64,000 nucleotides of DNA, from the IMG/VR virus record IMGVR_UViG_3300010391_000222, positions 2,770 to 66,769 of that record; one strand, 5' to 3'. Each line of letters begins with the position of its first letter. Position 1 is the first letter of the stretch. The notes beneath the pieces are model-generated. The model ran no database searches. It saw only the letters and a program-made list of their open reading frames with translations, and was not told the DNA's origin. A program made the translations under genes and the position numbers. Of this stretch, positions 18,506-28,999 are shown in pieces. This stretch comes from a virus.

Positions 18506-21500
18506 ATGGAACTTAATATTGCCCAAAGTTTAGTAGATCAGGCTTTTACTGGACCTATAGACCAGGACCCTTTGAATACTCAAGGGCAAGTATTGCAACC
18601 GCAGCAAGGACTTCAACCAGAGAAACTTTTTAGCGAACAATTCTTTGGTGTCTCCGATCCTAGTCAAATACTTGAAGACTTAGGGCCTGCTAGTGGAGAT
18701 GGAACTAGACGCAAGTACAGATTCCAAGGCGATGGCAAAACCTATAGTATGAAAGCTGACAAGACTCCTGAAGAAGTCCTAGAAGCTATCTGGGACCATA
18801 ATTCTCCTGGTTTATGGGGAGCAGCCAAGGCTCAGACCCTTTATGGCTTACCTGCTGATATGTCTTCTGCTATAGCCTATGGTCTAGGTGGTTTAAATCT
18901 AGATGAATCAGCAGCCTCTTGGAAGTCTTATTCCGATAAACTCCGTGCAGATTATGAAAAACGCTATGGTCAATTCATGGTCCCAGGGGCTCAAGCAGCA
19001 TGGGACAAGGGTAAGTTATGGGATTATGCCCTTCAAACCTTGGGCTATGGAGCCCCGTACATGGGCCTTGCTTTGGCAGGTGGTGTAGGTGGCGGATTAG
19101 CCGCAGCCGGTCTGGGAGCCTCTGAGGGGTCAGCAGCAGCGGCTTTAGGAAGCTTTCTAGGTTCTACAGCCATTACCAGTCCGGTTTTCGTCTCTCAGTT
19201 CGCTGATCGTCAGGTAGCTGAGATGCGAGCTAAGGGCATAGAGAACCCCGAGGAGCATATAGATTGGGCCAAGGCAGCAGGGTTTGGGTCTTTGGCAGCA
19301 GGATTACAAGCTATCCCTGTAGAATCTATTCTTCTGGGCAATGGTCTTTTAGGTACTTTAACTAAATGGGGGGTAAAACCTGGAACTCCTACAAGTGCAA
19401 GGATGCTTGCGTCTATTGCGGATATTGCTGGAACAAACGCCTTAGCTACTACAGGAGCTTCATTTCTATCACGAACAAATGCTGACATGCCTCTATTAGA
19501 TGATGGAGCTAAGTCTGAGTATTTGGATGCTGCAATAATGGGTTCATTGGTAGGTATTCCTTTTGGTATATACAAGGGTTTCAGAGCACCTACTCCTAGA
19601 ACGGAGAATGCACCTCCCAAACCTTTAAAGGAGATTATTGAAGAGAATCGTGAAGTTCCAGAAGGACCAGTTGTTATACCAGGAGAAAAAGGACCAGAAG
19701 CAAAGCTGGAGCCTCCTGCAAAACACGCTATTATTTTTGACCCTAATGAAACTTATGGCATCGCTAACGCCGATGCAGGTAGCGAATATCTTAATAGTAT
19801 TAATTATAAAACTTCGGATGGTACTACTCGTAATGGCCTTGATGATTTTGTTCGTAAGCATGGTATTTCTTATAGCGATGTAGAATTAGTAGATGCTGCA
19901 CGTAGAGTAAAAAGAGCAAGAGAACTCAAGGAACGTACTCTAAGAACGCCTAACGGTATTGTCTATAAGACAGTAGAAGACCTTCCCCAAGTACATTCCA
20001 ATGATCCTAAGATATTAACTAAGGCTGCAGCGTTAGCAGATCGTTATGGTTATGATGATGCTCATGTCCGTAGTATGCCCGATACTCTCATTGAAAAACT
20101 ACATGATCTTAACCTACGCAAAGAACTAAGTAAACTTACTACACAACAAGTATCTAAAGAAACCTTAGATGCCCTATTGGTTCAACAAAAGAATCTTGTA
20201 GACGAACAGGTCATGAAAGATGTCCAGCAATATGGTTCTATTTATCAAAGACCACAAAGCCTGGAACGTGCAAATAAGTCGATAGCAGAACGCAGGGAAA
20301 CACTAAGCAAAAACCCCCGCAAGGAACTAGCGAAGATACTTATGAAACCAAAAGATGTCCAGCGTAGCCCCGATGAAATAATTAGACAACCCGATCTTAC
20401 TAAAGCTCCTAGACAGGCAAGAGACGTAGAAGGACAATTCTACGATCAATTTGTAGGCGCTCCTAGAGAAGCAATAGGTCCTAGAGCACTCCTTGAATAT
20501 AAACCTTTCGATCAATTTGATGTATCTAAAGTCGTAGAAGCTCTTGACAAAGGAGCCAATAGACAAGGGCCTAGGATATCCGATAAACTAACCAAAGAAC
20601 AATATGTAGATTTTCTTATGAACAGTCCTCTAGTAAAAGCAATGGTAGGAGAGAATGCAAGTCTTAAGGACATCAAGGATGTTATCGCTAGAGGAAGACT
20701 GGCACAACGCAAAGATATAAAGGCTCAGGAAAAAGCTTTAGAGCCTAAAGTATTACCTGATGGAACATTTGCAAGATCGAAACCAGAGAAACCCTTTAAA
20801 TATGTAGAACCTGCATTGACAAAAGATGCAGAGAATCATCTAGCAAGTATTCGAGATGCTCTAGAAAAAATTGCACAAGAACGTAATGTCAAGTTGCTCA
20901 AGGATAATCCTAAATTAGGTCCTGCTCTTAATGACATGGCTAAACGCTTTGCTGAACTCAGCGCCGATACAAGAATTACCAAGGATGCAAAGGGCGAACC
21001 TAAATTTACTACAAAGAGTATAAAAGGTACTACTGGTATTCTAGATTCGTTAGCACGTAGAGCTAAACTAGGCAAGATACTAGAGAATGCTTTTATTTAT
21101 TTAGGACCTAAAGTAGGACAGAAGTACGCAAGTATTCTTGATAAAATGATTGCAGGACAAGAAGTATCTACCAAGGACATGGGTAATACTTTAACTATGT
21201 TGGATGCAGCATTCTCGTTTGGCAACAAAGAGGAATTCAAGAATATCAATGCGCTTGCGCTCCAGAATCTGTATAAAGACTTGCGCAATCAATTACCTCA
21301 GAAATCTATTAATTCTCTTGAGAAATCTAGAGATTATCTTGAAAAATGGTACAAGGCTTCTCATGGAATAAACAATAAAGACCTTACTGGATTCAAGACT
21401 GAAGAACTGGAGGCTGCTGCTTTTTCAGACTATATTAGAGATGTCTTTAATCCTAATTACAAACAATTTAAGCAAAGCAAACAAAGCAAGGTCTTTAATA

Positions 21501-24500
21501 TATTCGAGAATGCCTTGAAGAGAATACAGAAAGAATATGGAGATCAAGGCTATAATAAAATTCAGGACATTTTTGCATTCAATAAAGAATCAAATGAGAA
21601 TGTTCCTCCTGAAGCTCGTAGACCACAGGTCTTTACTAGACGTATAGTTGATGAGATTAGCAATGAACAAGCTAAGGACTTAGACAAGGATCAAGCTCAA
21701 AGAGTTCAAGATGCTGCCGATGACCATAATATGTCTACTCCTCCAGGAGGTTTTCATAAGCCTCCTAACGCATCTAAAGGGCCTACAGAGCCTCCTCTTA
21801 TTGGACCTATGGCTAACAACATAGGTGGTGCTCAGTGGTGGCTTATGTCTACCCTAGGGTCTAATCCTTTCCTTGCAAGACACGTTCCTGCATTTGCAAA
21901 GATTTACAATATTAAGTTAGATGAACAAAATAGAGCAGCAGAATACGATTCACGCATGACTAACAAGTTCTCTAAGATGCATGATGAACATAGTTGGTCT
22001 GGTATGTCGGAAGCACACGGAATTCTTGCTCATTTAAGAATGACAGATCAAAGAATAGTCAAAGATAACCAAGGTCGTCTTGTCTTTAATCATGAAGGCA
22101 AACAAGAAGTCTTAAATGTACCTATGACTAAAACAGTAGAAGATATAGCTGATTTTTATAAAGAAGCTCTTCGTATTGGTGATGAAGTTTACAGAAAGTA
22201 TCTTGACGGGTACGGAGACGAGAAATTAGACCCAAGTTCTTCATTGAAGAATATCAAAAGAGTCATTGATGGGTTCGATGAAAAGATTACAGGCAATCCT
22301 ATTCCCGAATTAAGGTCTTCATATGCGGCAAAGAAAGCTGCTTTAGAACAAGTCTATGCGAAGTTACAAGACTTTGACGAACATATAAGAACCGATACTC
22401 CTTATGTACCATTCATGCGATTTGGAGATTATGTAGTAGAAGTAGTAGATCGCAAGACTGGCGATCAAGTATATTTCAAAGATATTAATACACATAATAT
22501 GTTTGGTAGCAAGGCTAGATTACCGAAACCTAAAGAAGCCTTAGCTGCAATAGAAAAGCTAGGACTTAATAAACGCTTTAGTAACAAAGATAAGTACGAA
22601 ATTAAGCATTACCAAATGACTTATGATAATGCAGGTAAGTTCATTAACCGTGGTTTAGTAAGTACAGAACTTATTCAAGGTCTTCTAGCCTCTGGCATGA
22701 ATTCTACAATGAAGACTGCAGATCATCTTGCTACAGGAGTAGAAGACCCAATACAATTATTCAAAGACCTTCGCAGTCAAGTAGCAGGAAGCAAGGACAG
22801 AGTTCTTAGATACATAGCAGCCAAAGGACTTGGACGCTTCTCTATTAAGTCTAAGAACATAGAAGGCTATAGCGAAGATTGGGGTAAAGTAATGGACTCA
22901 TATAAGAACATATGGGCCAATTCACTTGCCAAACAAGCTAAGTCAAGAGAATGGTCTGAAGCCCAGGCTAATCTCCAGTTAGAACAGAATATACCTCAAC
23001 ATGTCCGAGATAAGATCAATGGTTATATAGACTATATGAATAACCCCGGCAATGACTTTGCAGGAATGAGAGCTTTTAACTTCGTTTGGGCAATGGGTCT
23101 TAGACCTTCAAGTGCATTGCTTCAAATAGCTACAATACCACAACAGGTCTTTGCTTCAGGATTAGAGTATGCTCCTGGCAATGCTATAGGTAATGTAGGA
23201 AGACTGGCTAAATCTTTTTCTAAGGCATCTAATTATGTCTTAAGAGGCAAAGGATATACGGAAGAAAAACAACATATCATTGATTCGCAACCTGGATTCT
23301 TTAGAGCTTCTATTAAACATGACTCAATGGCAGATAAAGGGTTTGGCTATTCTGTAGGTAACAATATGCAGAAAGCAATTAATAAAGGAACTCAAATAGC
23401 AGGATTTATGATTTCTCCTGCCGAACGTATTTCTAGACTTAGTGCTTTCGATTTCTTTCACGACTTATTCAAGGAATATCCTATAGCTTTAAGAAATGCC
23501 TTGAAACAAAGAGAAAAAGATTACAATTGGCAAGAATTCTGGAATAATCATAAAGACAGATTTGACTTAGAAACTGCAATGAGCCTATATACTATGCAAG
23601 AAAATCATGCAGTCTTTGGTAAAGTAGGTCGTGGTCCTCTTCAAAGAGGACTGGCAGGTTCATTGTTTTTCCCATTCATGACATATGCTCAACAAGTAAT
23701 GGAAGTAATGGGCGAACAATTGACCATGCAACGAGGTCTCCCTGGACTATACGCAGGTTTATGGACCATGGGGTCTTATCTTGCTCTTGCAGGGGCTGCA
23801 GGCATTCCTGGATACGATCTATGGAAGACGATGTACGAAGAATATCAGAAGCGCGTAAATAACAAATTAGTTGATGCAGAGATGCAAATGAGAGAGTCTG
23901 GTATTCCCCTGTGGGCACGCAAAGGTTTACTGAGTACCTCAACTGGCTTAGACCTTTCTATGAGACTTGGACAAGACATTATTGCTCAACAACTATTGTC
24001 CGGTATGATTAAAGGTGAATTCAAATTAAATGAAATAGGTGGTGTTCCCGGTAGAACAGCAGTGAATGTCTTGAATGCAGCAGCAGAAGCTCTTAATCCT
24101 GCTTCCGGTAAATCTCCCATGCAAATGATTGCTCCTATTATGCCTAGTGCTGTCCAAGACGTAATGAAAGCGTACCAACTAGCTTCTGGAAGCCCAGAAG
24201 ATGTCCTACAAACTACAGCAGGTAAGTCTCTTAGAGACCCTAGCGATGTAAGTAATTTCGATATTGCTGCTAAGTTAACTGGTTTTAATACCCTGAAGAT
24301 GGCAGAAGAAAGACAACAATTATTTTGGCAACAGAAAGCCAATCAAGAATTCAATGCATGGAAATCAAGGCTTAGCGAGAGTGTAGCTCAAGCGAGATAC
24401 AAGATGGCTTTAGGTCAACGTCAAGGAGACCCTGAAAAGGTTGCAGAAGGCAAAGAACTTCTTGACAAGATGCGCAAGGAACTTACTAGGTTTGCCAAAG

Positions 24501-24667
24501 AAAATAAGATATCTTTGGATAATCATTTCTGGCGCGGGTTCAATCGTAATGTAAGTGAGCGCCTATGGCAAAAATTGAATCCTGGTAAGATACGCAAGCC
24601 TACAGATCAAGAAAAAAGACATATGCAATCTCTTGTCGAAGATGAGACCGAAAACTCTGGAGAATAA
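18506..24667 (+). CDS. Large internal virion (ejection) protein with PLxRFG-like motif
   Basis: 2053 aa, mostly helical composition; YVPFMRFGDY motif; last large gene of the virion module. Confidence 0.7.
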   Translation: MELNIAQSLVDQAFTGPIDQDPLNTQGQVLQPQQGLQPEKLFSEQFFGVSDPSQILEDLGPASGDGTRRKYRFQGDGKTYSMKADKTPEEVLEAIWDHNSPGLWGAAKAQTLYGLPADMSSAIAYGLGGLNLDESAASWKSYSDKLRADYEKRYGQFMVPGAQAAWDKGKLWDYALQTLGYGAPYMGLALAGGVGGGLAAAGLGASEGSAAAALGSFLGSTAITSPVFVSQFADRQVAEMRAKGIENPEEHIDWAKAAGFGSLAAGLQAIPVESILLGNGLLGTLTKWGVKPGTPTSARMLASIADIAGTNALATTGASFLSRTNADMPLLDDGAKSEYLDAAIMGSLVGIPFGIYKGFRAPTPRTENAPPKPLKEIIEENREVPEGPVVIPGEKGPEAKLEPPAKHAIIFDPNETYGIANADAGSEYLNSINYKTSDGTTRNGLDDFVRKHGISYSDVELVDAARRVKRARELKERTLRTPNGIVYKTVEDLPQVHSNDPKILTKAAALADRYGYDDAHVRSMPDTLIEKLHDLNLRKELSKLTTQQVSKETLDALLVQQKNLVDEQVMKDVQQYGSIYQRPQSLERANKSIAERRETLSKNPRKELAKILMKPKDVQRSPDEIIRQPDLTKAPRQARDVEGQFYDQFVGAPREAIGPRALLEYKPFDQFDVSKVVEALDKGANRQGPRISDKLTKEQYVDFLMNSPLVKAMVGENASLKDIKDVIARGRLAQRKDIKAQEKALEPKVLPDGTFARSKPEKPFKYVEPALTKDAENHLASIRDALEKIAQERNVKLLKDNPKLGPALNDMAKRFAELSADTRITKDAKGEPKFTTKSIKGTTGILDSLARRAKLGKILENAFIYLGPKVGQKYASILDKMIAGQEVSTKDMGNTLTMLDAAFSFGNKEEFKNINALALQNLYKDLRNQLPQKSINSLEKSRDYLEKWYKASHGINNKDLTGFKTEELEAAAFSDYIRDVFNPNYKQFKQSKQSKVFNIFENALKRIQKEYGDQGYNKIQDIFAFNKESNENVPPEARRPQVFTRRIVDEISNEQAKDLDKDQAQRVQDAADDHNMSTPPGGFHKPPNASKGPTEPPLIGPMANNIGGAQWWLMSTLGSNPFLARHVPAFAKIYNIKLDEQNRAAEYDSRMTNKFSKMHDEHSWSGMSEAHGILAHLRMTDQRIVKDNQGRLVFNHEGKQEVLNVPMTKTVEDIADFYKEALRIGDEVYRKYLDGYGDEKLDPSSSLKNIKRVIDGFDEKITGNPIPELRSSYAAKKAALEQVYAKLQDFDEHIRTDTPYVPFMRFGDYVVEVVDRKTGDQVYFKDINTHNMFGSKARLPKPKEALAAIEKLGLNKRFSNKDKYEIKHYQMTYDNAGKFINRGLVSTELIQGLLASGMNSTMKTADHLATGVEDPIQLFKDLRSQVAGSKDRVLRYIAAKGLGRFSIKSKNIEGYSEDWGKVMDSYKNIWANSLAKQAKSREWSEAQANLQLEQNIPQHVRDKINGYIDYMNNPGNDFAGMRAFNFVWAMGLRPSSALLQIATIPQQVFASGLEYAPGNAIGNVGRLAKSFSKASNYVLRGKGYTEEKQHIIDSQPGFFRASIKHDSMADKGFGYSVGNNMQKAINKGTQIAGFMISPAERISRLSAFDFFHDLFKEYPIALRNALKQREKDYNWQEFWNNHKDRFDLETAMSLYTMQENHAVFGKVGRGPLQRGLAGSLFFPFMTYAQQVMEVMGEQLTMQRGLPGLYAGLWTMGSYLALAGAAGIPGYDLWKTMYEEYQKRVNNKLVDAEMQMRESGIPLWARKGLLSTSTGLDLSMRLGQDIIAQQLLSGMIKGEFKLNEIGGVPGRTAVNVLNAAAEALNPASGKSPMQMIAPIMPSAVQDVMKAYQLASGSPEDVLQTTAGKSLRDPSDVSNFDIAAKLTGFNTLKMAEERQQLFWQQKANQEFNAWKSRLSESVAQARYKMALGQRQGDPEKVAEGKELLDKMRKELTRFAKENKISLDNHFWRGFNRNVSERLWQKLNPGKIRKPTDQEKRHMQSLVEDETENSGE

Positions 24668-24669
24668 AA

Positions 24670-25305
24670 ATGCAAGAACTCTTTGATTGGCTTTTGCATA
24701 ATTACGATTGGGCAGCTATAGGAACTTTTATAGGTGCTCTAATAGCTATTTTTACATTCTATAAGCAGGTAGGTATTCCCATGTACAATGCTACTCTTAG
24801 ACCAATGGTTCAATTTTTTCAAGCAGTAGGAAATGCGCCTAAACGAATAGATAACATAGATATAAAACTAGATCGTATTCTAGGTGAATTAGTTACAAAT
24901 ACAGGAAGTTCCATCAAAGATCAATTGAATCATCTATCATCCAAAGTGTCTCTAGGAGAAGCTCAAAGATTACTTATGTTAAATTCTAATGAAAATGGAA
25001 TTAGTACTACAGATGCAGAAGGTAACTATACTTGGATCAACGATACTCTTATGCATAAAGTAGGAGCAGAATCTTCTAATGAAATGTTAGGAGATAATTG
25101 GATTAATACTATTCATCCGGCAGATAGAAAATTTGTAATAGAAGAATGGGAAAATGCCGTAAAAGGTAAAAGATCATTGAATATACATTTTCGATTTATT
25201 AATTTAAAAACTCAACTTCCTATTAGTGCTCACAGTATAGTAACTCCTGCTTTTTGTTTTGATGGTTCTTTAATAGGGTATAACGCTATTATTTATTTTA
25301 CTTAA
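24670..25305 (+). CDS. Membrane-anchored PAS-domain protein, holin-like position
   Basis: N-terminal TM (WAAIGTFIGALIAIFTFY), GSSIKDQL linker, PAS_3-like TDAEGNYTWIN..EMLGDNWINTIHPADRKFVIEEW. Confidence 0.7.
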   Translation: MQELFDWLLHNYDWAAIGTFIGALIAIFTFYKQVGIPMYNATLRPMVQFFQAVGNAPKRIDNIDIKLDRILGELVTNTGSSIKDQLNHLSSKVSLGEAQRLLMLNSNENGISTTDAEGNYTWINDTLMHKVGAESSNEMLGDNWINTIHPADRKFVIEEWENAVKGKRSLNIHFRFINLKTQLPISAHSIVTPAFCFDGSLIGYNAIIYFT

Positions 25306-25443
25306 GACCTTAACCAATCTTTATAAGTATAGTAATTAGGAAATGTTAATATCGGGGTAGCTTCAGTAGAACAATATAAAGAATATGGTAAACTAGGATC
25401 GAATGGAACATCCGTGAAATCTTCATATTTCTTAATATTATCT

Positions 25444-26100
25444 TTAAGTCTTTTCGAGAATTTGCCAGGGGAGTCCAAGGGCTTTTCCAATTTCAACGGC
25501 TCTGGACGTGAGTTGGACCCTAGTCCCATCCGGTCTTTTATAGCTAGTAACCATCCCTTTAATAACAATAGCGTCATCATTTAATTGTACTCCTCTTGCA
25601 ACTGTAGACCAAATCCACTTGCCCTTCTTGACTAATGGTCCCGTATTAAAGACCAGGTTTACTAGAACACCCTTATATTTGTCAGGAAGACTTACCCAAG
25701 GTTTCTTCTGGTCATGGCCTATGTACCTATCCCAATCGTTAGAAGCCAGGTCCTCGGCTGTTCTAAGGTCTCCTAGAAGGACTTGGTGAGCTTCCTGGTC
25801 AGTAAGACCGTAGCGAAAATCTTTGTAGACCATTTGGTTTAACTTAGCATCAATGTAATATATCTTTTTTTGTTCCCATTCCCTAGGAGTAATCTTATGC
25901 CCCCAAGCTACAGTAGGTAGTCCTCCCTCAGGACTTCGACCAGGGAACCAACGCCATTCTGCAGGGGTATTCTCGGAATTACTTCCTATGGTTACTTGTT
26001 TATATTCTTCTCGTTTCTTAGCAGAATGAATATTGTTCTCGACAGTCTTTATTGCTTCTACGAAGGCAGGACAGGTCTCATATAAGTAATGCATGGTCAT
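25444..26100 (-). CDS. GH24/T4-lysozyme-like endolysin
   Basis: VEN catalytic Glu, PTVAWGHKIT, LTDQEAHQVLLGDL, LVNLVFNTG. Confidence 0.7.
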   Translation of the reverse strand: MTMHYLYETCPAFVEAIKTVENNIHSAKKREEYKQVTIGSNSENTPAEWRWFPGRSPEGGLPTVAWGHKITPREWEQKKIYYIDAKLNQMVYKDFRYGLTDQEAHQVLLGDLRTAEDLASNDWDRYIGHDQKKPWVSLPDKYKGVLVNLVFNTGPLVKKGKWIWSTVARGVQLNDDAIVIKGMVTSYKRPDGTRVQLTSRAVEIGKALGLPWQILEKT

Positions 26101-26369
26101 GAAGATATTTCCTGTAAAGGACCTTGACCGCTACCGTCTACTAAGTATTTAAATACAGTCTTATAATCATAACTATCCGTGCATTCATTTAACATATTCC
26201 ACGCTGATTCTAGTGTACTAGCTACGCCTATGGGCGTAGAATACCCTTCATAGTCATGTCCTCCTACTACTACAAAAACTAACATAGGATCAAGGCCTTC
26301 AAAGGCAGATACTTCGGTATAAAAATTATATTCTTTTAATTCTTTTGAGGATTTCTTTGTTTTAGACAT
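26097..26369 (-). CDS. Hypothetical protein
   Basis: 90 aa, translationally coupled in the - strand operon. Confidence 0.55.
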   Translation of the reverse strand: MSKTKKSSKELKEYNFYTEVSAFEGLDPMLVFVVVGGHDYEGYSTPIGVASTLESAWNMLNECTDSYDYKTVFKYLVDGSGQGPLQEISS

Positions 26370-26656
26370 TATCTAGTCCATTCATGATCGTTTACGTCAT
26401 CAAGTATTTGATCTTCTGTAAGATCAAGAACATCCTCAGTAGTATCGTTGGAATCGTCTTTTTCGTCATAATCTAGACTTAGGTCTTCGTTCTTCCAATT
26501 GATATATTCACGAGCATCGTCTTCGTCTACAAAGTCTGCGATATACTCAGCAAAAGGTACATCGTCAGGATTATCGACTCCAAAGAGTACAGTATAGCAT
26601 TCGGATTCTTCATTGAATTCTAAGAAGTAATAACTTTGTTTTAAAAGTTTATTCAT
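26369..26656 (-). CDS. Acidic hypothetical protein
   Basis: 95 aa, D/E-rich, coupled to neighbours. Confidence 0.55.
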   Translation of the reverse strand: MNKLLKQSYYFLEFNEESECYTVLFGVDNPDDVPFAEYIADFVDEDDAREYINWKNEDLSLDYDEKDDSNDTTEDVLDLTEDQILDDVNDHEWTR

Positions 26657-27197
26657 TGTTTTTCCTTTGATATATAAGATTAGGTAATCCTTTATATTGC
26701 CAGTCCCAGATGAACCAAGAAAAATTGTGTCTAGGGCTAGCTATTCTTTGTTCGGTCCAATTAGGTCTTTTAGTAAGTACTAACTTAGTCATAAAAGGTT
26801 TTTCAGTAAATAAATAAGTTCTTCCAGAAGCAGAATCCCATTCATTTCTAAGTAGCATTGCTACTTGTCCTTTACTAAACTTAGTAAGATCAAGAGCATG
26901 TATTACGAAGTCTTTAGCCAGTACATAAGGAGGATTAGTAATAATAGTTCCTATAAAATCAGAATGATGATTTAAAAAATCATATTGTCTTTCTTCCCCA
27001 TATTCCCAATCATTAATATCAGTACTAAGGACTTTTTCATAGGTTTTCTTTAAAACTTTTGAAATATTGCCTTTACCACAAGCAGGCTCCCATATATCTC
27101 CTCTAAATTTAATATGATCTAGAAGGACTTGTGTACACCATTCAGGAGTCCAATAAGCATCATCTTGTATTCTTTCATATTTTGATTCTCCTAGCAT
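26649..27197 (-). CDS. DNA amino-methyltransferase (N6-A/N4-C type)
   Basis: YWTPEW, WEPACGKG SAM-binding motif, ITNPPY catalytic motif. Confidence 0.8.
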   Translation of the reverse strand: MLGESKYERIQDDAYWTPEWCTQVLLDHIKFRGDIWEPACGKGNISKVLKKTYEKVLSTDINDWEYGEERQYDFLNHHSDFIGTIITNPPYVLAKDFVIHALDLTKFSKGQVAMLLRNEWDSASGRTYLFTEKPFMTKLVLTKRPNWTEQRIASPRHNFSWFIWDWQYKGLPNLIYQRKNNE

Positions 27198-27429
27198 TAT
27201 GGGATTTCCTTGCTTCTTTCCTCGCTTTAATTAATAAAGCTCTAGTATCAAGACCTAATGTTTCGGACTGAAAGTCATATATTATGTCTCCAGTAAATCT
27301 AGGAATTGATTTCTTACGTTTCTTCTTCTTTGGCTTTACATTGTAATGTGCCAGTAATCTAGTTCTTTGTTTATGTGTCTTTATAAGAAGAGGATCATCT
27401 TGCCACACCGGGTCTAACTTAATCGTCAT
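27175..27429 (-). CDS. Basic hypothetical protein
   Basis: 84 aa, AGGAG RBS region upstream. Confidence 0.5.
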   Translation of the reverse strand: MTIKLDPVWQDDPLLIKTHKQRTRLLAHYNVKPKKKKRKKSIPRFTGDIIYDFQSETLGLDTRALLIKARKEARKSHNARRIKI

Positions 27430-27451
27430 CGTCGGGCATTATTATCTCCTA

Positions 27452-27694
27452 CTAGGAACGGTCGTGCTTATTCTTACGCCTATCAGCTCGCTTGGATATT
27501 ACTTTCCAATTAGAAGGTACATTATGCATAGGGTTACTATCCGAATGGTCTACTTCCATATTATCTCCCTTGTGGACCTTACCTTGTCGCATTAGAGTTC
27601 TCCTAGCTTTATTTCTTGCTACACGTTCTGCTACTTGTTCAGGCAAATCTTCCCAAGCAGCTTCTTTTTTGTAGTCTCTATGTCGTTTTTTCAT
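27452..27694 (-). CDS. Small HNH protein
   Basis: RDYKKE..RVARNKARR..EVDH..N..SNWKVIS, phage HNH family. Confidence 0.7.
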   Translation of the reverse strand: MKKRHRDYKKEAAWEDLPEQVAERVARNKARRTLMRQGKVHKGDNMEVDHSDSNPMHNVPSNWKVISKRADRRKNKHDRS

Positions 27695-28166
27695 TATGTC
27701 TTAATAATCTCCTACAATTTTCAAGCAATTCTTCTTTAGATTGTGTCCATTTCATAATATTAAATATTCTTTGAACAAATTGAATATTTTCTTTAGTATA
27801 TCCAAATGTCGGTTTTATTTTATCAAGAGAAGCATTTGTAAGAAATATTGTACCTTTATTTAATTTACAAGTTAAGAGCTCTCCCGATAAAGCACATTTA
27901 TAATTTTGTTTTTCTATTAAATCAAACAAGTCTTGTAATTGTAAACCATCTTTTTTTCTACCTGGAAAATAAATAAGTCTAGTAATATATCTTTTCCAAT
28001 TACCATTTATTTGACTATATTGACTTTTTGTAGAAACTTTACCAGATACATATGGCTGTCTGCCTTTACATTCAGGAGAACAATATGTACGAATTCGTAC
28101 TCCAGTTAAAAATTCTTCATTACAAACTTTACAAATTACTTTACGTTTGGGTTTTTTCTGATACAT
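27678..28166 (-). CDS. HNH-type homing endonuclease with zinc ribbon
   Basis: CKVC..YCSPEC, KQNYKCALSG, ASLDKI..GYTKENIQFV..NIMK; AT-rich. Confidence 0.7.
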   Translation of the reverse strand: MYQKKPKRKVICKVCNEEFLTGVRIRTYCSPECKGRQPYVSGKVSTKSQYSQINGNWKRYITRLIYFPGRKKDGLQLQDLFDLIEKQNYKCALSGELLTCKLNKGTIFLTNASLDKIKPTFGYTKENIQFVQRIFNIMKWTQSKEELLENCRRLLRHNEKTT

Positions 28167-28189
28167 TATAAATTATATAATTTCTATCT

Positions 28190-28582
28190 TTACGTTTTGG
28201 CATTATAGTCAATTCTCCTTACTTCTATTCCTCTTTGTTTTGCTTGTGTTACCATGTTTTCTGTGCCTTTACCACCAGGAAAAGCAATAATTAAATTGGG
28301 ATTTTCTTCATCTAGCATTTGTTTATTTCTTAAATATCCAGCAGATTTACCGTGTAAATTCCAATTAGCAGGATATTCTTTATAGGGCAATATATTCATT
28401 TCAGCCCATTCTTTAGCACAAGTATCTGCTCCTTTTGCGCCGCCCTCTATAATTGTTATATTTTTTAATTCTTCTTTTATGCAGTCCAATGTATCATACA
28501 CAAAACATCTTTCGTTAAGGCTTAATCCAAAAATTCTACCTCCACAAACTAAGACCTTATACATGGGGTAATCCATTTTCAT
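28190..28582 (-). CDS. SLOG/YspA-like (DUF2493) protein
   Basis: KVLVCGGR, IIEGGAKGAD, ANWNLHGKSAGYLRNKQM, AFPGGKGTENM. Confidence 0.85.
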   Translation of the reverse strand: MKMDYPMYKVLVCGGRIFGLSLNERCFVYDTLDCIKEELKNITIIEGGAKGADTCAKEWAEMNILPYKEYPANWNLHGKSAGYLRNKQMLDEENPNLIIAFPGGKGTENMVTQAKQRGIEVRRIDYNAKT

Positions 28583-28844
28583 CTAATAATCTTGGGATCA
28601 TTGTCTTTAAATCTCCAAATAAACCCTTAAGTCCACCATTGTCTACGAGGACATCCCATTGAAATGCACTGATTTTATTTAGAACTCTATTCTCAGAGTC
28701 TGTAATAGCACCTACTGCAGCTTGCCAGAATGATCCAGGAGGCAATATCTTCTCTCGTTGGGCCTTAGCCTTTACACGATCTTTGTCCCCTTCAGGATCA
28801 TCATAGTAATCTATTTTAAGATTAATTGTAAAACTCTTGGTCAT
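28557..28844 (-). CDS. Hypothetical protein
   Basis: 95 aa in operon. Confidence 0.5.
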   Translation of the reverse strand: MTKSFTINLKIDYYDDPEGDKDRVKAKAQREKILPPGSFWQAAVGAITDSENRVLNKISAFQWDVLVDNGGLKGLFGDLKTMIPRLLDENGLPHV

Positions 28845-28999
28845 CCTTTTACTTTGATTTTTCCATCTTCTGCTTTATGCTTCTTAGGTAATTTACCTTC
28901 TTTTTGAAGTGCTGATGTAGCAATAGCCCAGGCACTATTATCTGAGACTTTACCTTTACGTTTAATTGCTTTTATTCTATCTTCTAGTATCTTTGGCAT
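28841..28999 (-). CDS. Small basic protein missed by the ORF track (SAWAIATS motif, ChaB-like)
   Basis: 52 aa MPKILEDRIKAIKRKGKVSDNSAWAIATSALQKEGKLPKKHKAEDGKIKVKG; GAAGGAG RBS; ATGA overlap with the next gene. Confidence 0.7.
   Translation of the reverse strand: MPKILEDRIKAIKRKGKVSDNSAWAIATSALQKEGKLPKKHKAEDGKIKVKG

Noticed and set aside
25302-25580. 92-aa - strand ORF after the lysozyme
   Set aside because: Half overlaps the lysozyme gene with no convincing start or RBS; the distal part may be coding but cannot be supported
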